Of a stretch of DNA of 64,000 nucleotides, positions 57,791-64,000 are shown piece after piece. The DNA lies in the NCBI GenBank assembly GCA_050998805.1, contig JBPCPV010000040.1:8248-72247 (forward strand), read 5' to 3'. A model generated the notes under the pieces. The model was given only the letters and a program-made list of their open reading frames with translations, searched no databases and was not told the origin of the DNA. This DNA is from Chloroflexia bacterium. Its GTDB lineage: Bacteria > Chloroflexota > Chloroflexia > QHBQ01 > JAICKM01. Made by a program: the position numbers and the translations under genes. Position 1 is the stretch's first letter, and each line of letters starts with the position of its first letter.

Positions 57791-59038
57791 ATGTTTGATC
57801 GTAGGAACCAGCCGCCTCCGACGGGGCCGATTGCGGGCTACGGACCCGTTGGAGATGTCGAGAACTTCGCGCAGATCAAGGTGATCGGTGTAGGTGGCGG
57901 CGGCTCCAACGCCGTCAACCGCATGATCCACGCCGATGTGAAAGGCGTCGAGTTCATCACGGTGAACACTGACGCACAAGCTCTGTTGCACGCCGAAGCC
58001 GCCAGCCGCATCAGGATCGGCGACAAGCTGACTAAGGGCCTCGGCTCCGGCGGCAACCCCGTCATCGGAGCTAAGGCCGCCGAAGAGAGCAGCGATGAAC
58101 TCTTCGAGGCGCTTCGAGGCGCAGACATGGTGTTCATCACCGCCGGCCTCGGCGGCGGCACAGGCACCGGCGCGGCCCCTGTGATCGCCCAGATCGCCCG
58201 TGAGGTCGGCGCGCTCACTGTCGGCGTCGTCACCCGCCCCTTCGCCTTCGAGGGCAGCCGCCGCCGCCAGGCTGCTGATGAGGGCTACGACCTCCTCAAG
58301 CAGCATGTGGATACCCTGATCACGATCCCCAACGACCGCCTCCTCCAGGTGGCCGACAAGAAGACCTCGATGCTCGACGCCTTCCGCATGGCCGACGACG
58401 TGCTCCGGCAAGGCATCCAGGGCATCTCCGACCTGATCACCGAACACGGCATGATCAACCTCGACTTCGCCGACGTGAAGTCGATCATGAGCGACGCCGG
58501 CTCGGCCCTGATGGCGATCGGGCGCGGCACCGGCGACAACCGCTGCGTTGACGCCGCCCGCATGGCAATCGAAAGCCCGCTCCTCGAGATCAGCATTGAC
58601 GGCGCGAAGGGCGTGCTCTTCAACATCACCGGCGGGGAAGACCTCGGCATCCTCGAAGTCTACGAGGCGGCGGAGATCATCCAGCAGGCCGCCGATCCCG
58701 AGGCCAACATCATCTTCGGCGCGGTGATCGACCCGCAGCTCGGCAAGGACGTGAAGCTCACGCTGATCGCCACCGGCTTCGACAGCGTGCGCTCGCGCCC
58801 GCCCCAGATAGCGCGCCCCCAGGCGCAGCCGAACCCCTACCAACAGCCCCAGTACCAGCAGCCGCAGCAGTTCTCGATGCCCCAGCCCCGGCCCGCCCAG
58901 CAGCAGCCGCAGCCACAGCCGCAGCAGCAACCCCAGCCCCAACCCCAGCCGGTCCAGCGTCCCGCCGCCCGCCCCGCGCAGCCCCAACAGCAGGACGACC
59001 TCGACATCCCTCCCTTCCTGCGCTATCGCCAACGGTAG
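57791..59038 (+). CDS. ftsZ: Cell division protein FtsZ
   Basis: GGGTGTG tubulin signature; C-terminal [10 protein letters not shown]; Gln/Pro-rich linker. Confidence 0.99.
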   Translation: MFDRRNQPPPTGPIAGYGPVGDVENFAQIKVIGVGGGGSNAVNRMIHADVKGVEFITVNTDAQALLHAEAASRIRIGDKLTKGLGSGGNPVIGAKAAEESSDELFEALRGADMVFITAGLGGGTGTGAAPVIAQIAREVGALTVGVVTRPFAFEGSRRRQAADEGYDLLKQHVDTLITIPNDRLLQVADKKTSMLDAFRMADDVLRQGIQGISDLITEHGMINLDFADVKSIMSDAGSALMAIGRGTGDNRCVDAARMAIESPLLEISIDGAKGVLFNITGGEDLGILEVYEAAEIIQQAADPEANIIFGAVIDPQLGKDVKLTLIATGFDSVRSRPPQIARPQAQPNPYQQPQYQQPQQFSMPQPRPAQQQPQPQPQQQPQPQPQPVQRPAARPAQPQQQDDLDIPPFLRYRQR

Positions 59039-59051
59039 CTGGCTCCGGCAC

Positions 59052-59091
59052 AAGAAACAGCCTGTCTCCCTAGCGGGGCAGGCTGTTTCTT
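59052..59091. terminator. Bidirectional intrinsic terminator after ftsZ
   Basis: AAGAAACAGCCTGTC-loop-GGCAGGCTGTTTCTT. Confidence 0.85.
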
Positions 59092-59096
59092 TGGAG

Positions 59097-59127
59097 CACT
59101 GTCATTCTGAGCACAGCGAAGAATCTC
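59097..59127. repeat. CGTC/TGTC REP-like element, copy 5
   Basis: CACTGTCATTCTGAGCACAGCGAAGAATCTC. Confidence 0.8.
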
Positions 59128-59905
59128 AGGCCGAGTCGTCTCCCGGCATCTCATAGGTCTGCACCCGGTCCAGAGTGTACTCGATCAGCTCCAGCGTTTC
59201 GTCCACATCCTCCGCGACCGCCCGTTCGATGAGCGGTGCCCACCGTTCGCCGAGCGCCCCCTGCGCCCAGCGCGCGGCCTCCGGCTTCGAGACGATGGTG
59301 CCGAACTCGAGCGTATACAGCATCCGACAGATCGTGAGGACAATGTAGCCTCGATAGCCCTCGTGGCGCAGCACAACGGAATCGCCGCGCTTCGGCACCA
59401 GCCACCCACCGACCATCTCCACCACCGCCCGCCGTAGATCGTCGGGAGCGACAGGGTCAATCCACTCGTGGATAACAGGTCCGGCAAGCGCGATCCCGTG
59501 CTCGCGGAGGAGGTGGAGTTGAATAACCGCCGCACTGTCGTGCGAATCCACGCGCAGCCGCTCGCCCCGCTTGATGCTTGGATACCGGGCCTGAGTGCGG
59601 TCGTACCGGCGCAGAGCCGCCTGCGGAATGTAGGAGCCTTCCAGCTCCGCGCCCCACGGCGAGATCGTGGCCGAGAGACGCTCATGCATCGCATACAGCG
59701 CGGCAACAAGCTCGTCGGGTAGCTCGGTGTCGGTGACGACGGCGAAATCAATGTCGCTCCGGTGGGGCGTGAAATCACCGAGAGCCAGGGAGCCGTATAG
59801 GTACATGCCGAGAAAGTGCGGTCCCAGAATGGCTTGCACGCTCACAAGCAGCTCGTGCAGCACGGCGTTGACATCGGGGTATGCTGTCGGATCGGATGCA
59901 GGCAC
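59126..59905 (-). CDS. Nucleotidyltransferase with DUF4111 C-terminus (aminoglycoside adenylyltransferase AadA-like)
   Basis: YLYGSLALGDF...SDIDF, ELEGSY, LTICRMLYT, IVSK; GTG 59905 overlaps the infA TAG. Confidence 0.82.
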   Translation of the reverse strand: MPASDPTAYPDVNAVLHELLVSVQAILGPHFLGMYLYGSLALGDFTPHRSDIDFAVVTDTELPDELVAALYAMHERLSATISPWGAELEGSYIPQAALRRYDRTQARYPSIKRGERLRVDSHDSAAVIQLHLLREHGIALAGPVIHEWIDPVAPDDLRRAVVEMVGGWLVPKRGDSVVLRHEGYRGYIVLTICRMLYTLEFGTIVSKPEAARWAQGALGERWAPLIERAVAEDVDETLELIEYTLDRVQTYEMPGDDSA

Positions 59906-60210
59906 TACCGATAACGGAACGTGATGCGCCCTTTGGTCAAGTCGTAGGGGGATAGCTCGACGGTCACGCGGTCGCCGGGCGTGATGCGGATAAAGTTCAT
60001 ACGCATCTTGCCCGAGATGTGGCCGAGCACTTTGTGCCCTCCTTCGAGTTCGACAGTGAACATGGCGTTCGGCAGGCACTCGAGCACCTTGCCCTCGACG
60101 GCGATCACGTCGCCGGTGGGTGGCTTAGGCCCGCGGGGCACCGCGGGGTTAGCGTTTGCCGGGGGTGTCGACGGTTTCTTGTATGCGTTAAAGCGCGGTT
60201 TCTTCGGCAA
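59905..60210 (-). CDS. infA: Translation initiation factor IF-1 with Pro/Lys-rich N-terminal extension
   Basis: [14 protein letters not shown]...[36 protein letters not shown]; TTG start with AAGGAG RBS. Confidence 0.95.
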   Translation of the reverse strand: MPKKPRFNAYKKPSTPPANANPAVPRGPKPPTGDVIAVEGKVLECLPNAMFTVELEGGHKVLGHISGKMRMNFIRITPGDRVTVELSPYDLTKGRITFRYR

Positions 60211-60285
60211 AGACGACTTTCTCCTTTTCTATGAATGGAGCCAGGAGTATACCTCCTGGCTCCGACCCCTCAGTGCAGTGTTCGG

Positions 60286-60672
60286 TTAGTAGCGGCTACC
60301 GCCACGACCACCGCCGCCGCCGCCGCCGCGCGAACCGCCGCCCATCTGGGAGAAGCAGTCCGAGCAGTAGACCGGTCGGTCGCCGCTGGGAACGAAGGGG
60401 ACTTCGGCGTCGCGACCGCAGTTGGAGCAGGTCACGGTGGTCATCTGGCGCTCGCGCCGACCCCCGTAGCCGCCGCCGCTGCCGTAGCTATCACCGTAGC
60501 CGCCCCCGCCCCCGCTGTAGTCCGAACTGTTGCGCGCGGCCTTTTTGGTCGCGCGGCAGGACGGGCAGCGGGTCGGCTGGGTGTAGCCCTTGCTGTTGTA
60601 AAAATCTTGCTCACCTTCCGTGAAGGTGAAGGTCTGGCCGCAATCGCGGCACGTCAGAGACATATCCGGCAT
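60286..60672 (-). CDS. Zinc-ribbon / CxxC-x17-CxxC domain protein with Gly-rich linkers
   Basis: CRDCG..F.F...EQ.FY...PTRCPSC; CSNCG..AEVPF.P...RPVYCSDC. Confidence 0.92.
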   Translation of the reverse strand: MPDMSLTCRDCGQTFTFTEGEQDFYNSKGYTQPTRCPSCRATKKAARNSSDYSGGGGGYGDSYGSGGGYGGRRERQMTTVTCSNCGRDAEVPFVPSGDRPVYCSDCFSQMGGGSRGGGGGGGRGGSRY

Positions 60673-60836
60673 CTGTTTAAGGAACTCCTATTTTGTACGT
60701 GCGAATGTTTGCTAATGAGTCGACATTGGAGAAGGCTCTGCGAGGATACCGGAGCTACCGTCTCTGCCCGTATGTCTGAGGGAACCCACAGGGGAGATTT
60801 TGCGCGACCGCATCACTGCCGACTTCAACCATGTAT

Positions 60837-60907
60837 ATTATACAACATCTTTCGGAATAAAGCAAGCCCCGTACAAGTTTGACATGCGCTGCCCGTGATG
60901 GTATAAT
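60837..60907. promoter_or_regulatory. Divergent sigma70 promoters: zinc-ribbon/infA unit (minus) and tRNA-Gln (plus)
   Basis: Minus: TTGCTT(60865)-17-TATAAT(60842). Plus: TTGACA(60879)-17-TATAAT(60902). Confidence 0.8.
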
Positions 60908-60919
60908 CAGGTCATCTAA

Positions 60920-60993
60920 TGGGGTGTCGTCTAACGGTAGGACAGCTGACTCTGGATCAGTAAGTTGAGGTTCGAATCCTTGCACCCCAGCCA
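60920..60993 (+). tRNA. tRNA-Gln(CTG)
   Basis: Acceptor TGGGGTG/CACCCCA, anticodon loop CT-CTG-GA, GGTTCGAATCC, encoded CCA. Confidence 0.96.
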
Positions 60994-62647
60994 ACCTAAA
61001 ACAAACACCCAGAACACCCTCTTTTACGGCGACAACCTGCCTATCTTGCGCGATCACATCCCCGATGCAAGCGTCGATCTGGTCTACCTCGATCCGCCAT
61101 TCAACAGCAGCCGCAACTACAATGTCCTATTTAAGGATGAGAGCGGCCACGCCAGCGAAGCCCAGCTCACCGCTTTCGAGGACACCTGGCACTGGGATCG
61201 CTCCGCCGAAGCCACATTTCAGAGCCTTGTAACGGATGCCGCGCCCCATGTCAGCGAGATGATTGCCGCGCTCCGCCGGTTTGTAGGCCCGAATCAGATG
61301 ATGGCCTACCTGGTTATGATGGCCGCCCGCCTGGTAGAGTTACACCGGGTGCTGAAGCCGACGGGCAGCCTCTACTTGCACTGCGATCCGACCTCTAGCC
61401 ATTACTTGAAAATCATTCTGGACACTATCTTCGGGTCAGACCAGTTCCGCAACGAGATCCTTTGGAAGCGTACCAGCGCCCACAGTGACACCGTGCAGGG
61501 AGTCGTGCTGCACATGGGCCGCATACACGACGTTATTCTGTTCTACACGAAATCCAATGCGGCGCGGCGCAACGAACTGTATCAACCCTATAGTCAGGGG
61601 TACTCGGACGGCTTCTATCGCTTCCAAGACGGCGATGGGCGGCGGTACACGCTTGATAACATAAGCGGCCCCGGCGGAGCGGCCAAAGGCAACCCACAGT
61701 ACGAGTTTCTCGGCGTAACGCGCTTCTGGCGCTATAGCAAAGCGCGGATGCAAGAACTTTATGAGCAGGGACGGATCATTCAGACGCGGCCAGGAACAGT
61801 ACCACGGTATAAACGCTATCTCGATGAGATGCCGGGCGTGCCCTTGCAAGACGTTTGGGATGACATTATGCCCATCGGCTCCCAGGCCACTGAACGCCTC
61901 GGCTACCCCACTCAAAAGCCACTGGCGTTGTTAGAACGCATAATCCAGACGAGCAGCAACCCCGGCGACGTGGTGCTCGACCCCTTCGCCGGGTGTGGCA
62001 CCGCCGTCATCGCCGCGCAGAAGCTGGGCCGCCGCTGGATCGGCATAGACATCACCCACTTGGCAATCGCCCTGCTAAAGTACCGGCTCAAAGATACGTT
62101 CGGCGAGCAAGCGCAGTACCAGGTGATCGGCGAGCCGCAGGACCTGGCCGGTGCCCGCGAGCTGGCCTCCGGCAGGGATCGCTACCAATTCCAGTGGTGG
62201 GCGCTCTCCCTGGTAGAAGCCAAGCCGTTGGGCGGCGAAGCCGGCAGCAGGCAGGGCAAGAAGGGCAGCGACCGTGGGATTGACGGTGTGATTACCTTCA
62301 TGGAAGAATCCGGCACGCCGGGCCGCGTGCTTGTGCAAGTCAAGAGCGGCCACGTCAAGAGCGGCGACATCCGGGATCTCGTCGGCACAGTGGAGCGCGA
62401 AAAGGCGGCGATCGGCGTCTTTATCACGCTGGAGGAGCCGTCGCGCGACATGCGGACCGAGGCGGCGAGCGCCGGTGCCTTCCACTCCCCCGCCTGGAAC
62501 CGCGACTACCCGCGCATCCAGATCCTCACAATCGGCCAACTCCTGGCCGGCGCCGAGATCAAGATGCCGGCCCAGCACGGCACCTTTAAGCGTGCGCCGC
62601 GCGCGCAACAGCCGGAGGCAGAGCAACCCACCCTCGACCTGCAATAG
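60965..62647 (+). CDS. Beta-class N4/N6 DNA methyltransferase fused to an Mrr-like restriction endonuclease domain; start codon uncertain
   Basis: YGDNL, YLDPPF, YPTQKP, LDPFAGCGT; C-terminal DRGIDG...VQVKSG. The only canonical start (TTG 60965) is inside the tRNA. Confidence 0.85.
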   Translation: MRFESLHPSQPKTNTQNTLFYGDNLPILRDHIPDASVDLVYLDPPFNSSRNYNVLFKDESGHASEAQLTAFEDTWHWDRSAEATFQSLVTDAAPHVSEMIAALRRFVGPNQMMAYLVMMAARLVELHRVLKPTGSLYLHCDPTSSHYLKIILDTIFGSDQFRNEILWKRTSAHSDTVQGVVLHMGRIHDVILFYTKSNAARRNELYQPYSQGYSDGFYRFQDGDGRRYTLDNISGPGGAAKGNPQYEFLGVTRFWRYSKARMQELYEQGRIIQTRPGTVPRYKRYLDEMPGVPLQDVWDDIMPIGSQATERLGYPTQKPLALLERIIQTSSNPGDVVLDPFAGCGTAVIAAQKLGRRWIGIDITHLAIALLKYRLKDTFGEQAQYQVIGEPQDLAGARELASGRDRYQFQWWALSLVEAKPLGGEAGSRQGKKGSDRGIDGVITFMEESGTPGRVLVQVKSGHVKSGDIRDLVGTVEREKAAIGVFITLEEPSRDMRTEAASAGAFHSPAWNRDYPRIQILTIGQLLAGAEIKMPAQHGTFKRAPRAQQPEAEQPTLDLQ

Positions 62648-62759
62648 GCGCTCGGGAGAGGCCGTCCACGAATACGGGCCACGAATACACGAATGAGACG
62701 GGCAATCGTCGGCGATATGGGGACGGGTGCCGCCGAGACGGCGGCGGTACGGGGACGGG

Positions 62760-63426
62760 AGGCGCGGAGGGATTGCAGAAAATGGCTGCGAGATAGCCGT
62801 CCGCGCATCGGGCGGCGGTGCCTACACGACCCTCTCGCCCAGCCAAGCCCTCACCCCCACGCCTTACGCTCTGTTCGCCCTCAAAACGCAGGGCTACGCG
62901 AACGTAGTGGTGGTAGCCAAAGGGGGTGGCGACTACACCTCGGTACAGGCAGCCCTCAACTCCATCACGGCGAACAGCAGCAACCGCTATCTGGTCTACC
63001 TTCTATCTCTACATCATGCGCCTGTACAATCGGGGGTTGGTGAACGGCTACTACGACCATGCCCATTGCGCGGCCACCGGCTCGCCATGCTTCCTGCCGA
63101 ACAACCCGGTAACCCGGGGGCAGGCAGCCAAGATCGTGTCCAACGGGCGAGGTTACAACGAACCCGCGCCAGCCACGCCCACCTTCGAGGACGTGCCGAC
63201 CACCGACCCGTTCTACGTATACGTCGAGCGGCTGTCGCTCCACGGGGTGATCAGCGGGTACGAGTGCGGCGTTGTGCCGCCGATAATCAACCCCTGCACC
63301 GGGCTGGCAGAAACCTGCGATGCCCTGGGCAGGCCATACTACCGCCCCTGCGCGACACTGACGAGAGGGCAGGCGGCTAAACTAGTCGCCAACTCCTTCT
63401 TCCCGGAGTGTCACGGCCTGCGCTAG
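62760..63426 (+). pseudogene. Chimeric remnant: fragment of a secreted beta-helix/pectinesterase-like protein joined out of frame to an SLH-type C-terminus
   Basis: YTTLSP.QALTPTPYAL and VVVVAKGGGDYTSVQAALNSI in one frame; FYLYIMRLYNRG...VTRGQAAKIV in another; junction near 63000. Confidence 0.65.
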
Positions 63427-63524
63427 CCGCCGGCAGGCTTGAAAACCGCGACATTTGGCCCATTGCGTCTTGGCGCTGCCCATGCTATACTTAGCTCGAC
63501 TTTGTCGAGTATGAGGAGGTTTCT

Positions 63525-63935
63525 ATGAGCCCAAAAAAGGGATTAACGGACGAGGAACGAGGCGCGATGAAGGAGCGCCTCAAAGAGCTGAAGGCGCACG
63601 AGGCGGACGGGGAAAGCGCCGTGCTCGCCAAGATCGCCGAGATGCAGGAACCGGACCGCGCCATGGGTGAGCGGCTCCATGCTATCATCAAAGCCGCCGC
63701 GCCAGTCCTCTCGCCGAAACTCTGGTACGGGATGCCCGCGTATGCCAAGGACGGCAAGATCGTCTGCTTCTTCCAATGCGCGCAGAAGTTCAAAACGAGG
63801 TACGCGACGCTCGGCTTCAACGACAAGGCGAACCTCGACGAAGGCGGCCTGTGGCCGGTCGCCTTCGCGCTGAAGGAGTTGACCGCCGCCGAAGAGGAAA
63901 GGATCGGCGCGCTCGTGAAGAAAGCGGTGAGCTGA
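63525..63935 (+). CDS. DUF1801/YdhG-like protein
   Basis: AGGAGG RBS; [21 protein letters not shown]...RYATLGF. Confidence 0.88.
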   Translation: MSPKKGLTDEERGAMKERLKELKAHEADGESAVLAKIAEMQEPDRAMGERLHAIIKAAAPVLSPKLWYGMPAYAKDGKIVCFFQCAQKFKTRYATLGFNDKANLDEGGLWPVAFALKELTAAEEERIGALVKKAVS

Positions 63936-64000
63936 GGGCGCGCCGTCTGCATAGGCAAAATAGTCGTGAAGGCAATCAGCCGGATAAAGCGCGGAAAGCC

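Noticed and set aside
58800-59000. CAG/CCG-rich repeats in ftsZ as a contingency locus
   Set aside because: These are imperfect codon repeats encoding the normal disordered Gln/Pro linker; variable linkers are expected in FtsZ.
5130-59127. CRISPR array suggested by short repeats
   Set aside because: The repeats are either contiguous heptamers without spacers or dispersed single palindromes; no regularly spaced array and no cas genes.
59906-60079. N-terminal extension of the 59126..60079 ORF
   Set aside because: It overlaps infA in another frame; GTG 59905 coupled to the infA stop is the better start.

Overview
High-GC bacterial chromosome segment, most consistent with a Chloroflexota (Chloroflexia-like) organism. 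This is inferred from the SLH-type surface proteins, the Chloroflexi-type secreted-protein domains and the dcw layout. The backbone is housekeeping: sodA, pckA, tgt, recJ, mfd, accA/accD, a dcw cluster (mraZ to ftsZ, lacking murE and murG), infA, tRNA-Leu(CAA) and tRNA-Gln(CTG). Accessory parts are an HSP90-family fusion gene cut by the left edge, an SLH/DUF4331/TPR operon, a surface-glycan modification cluster, a metal-homeostasis island (19.5-25.1 kb) and two tRNA-adjacent restriction-modification/methylase loci. The strongest finding is in the metal island. The ORF called 23288..24466 does not really end at its TGA: the frame runs on 52 more codons to TAG 24622 and completes a CupA-like cupredoxin domain. 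The TGA sits at the Cu-ligand Cys position and is followed by a SECIS-like hairpin. This points to a selenocysteine-containing, Met-rich membrane / degenerate J-domain / cupredoxin protein, in an operon with a BlaI/CopY repressor, an M56 protease-sensor and a TlpA thioredoxin. The window also has abundant REP-like palindromes and heptamer tandem repeats, some inside coding sequences (mfd, murB, murC). All assignments are by motif recognition; no database searches were run.
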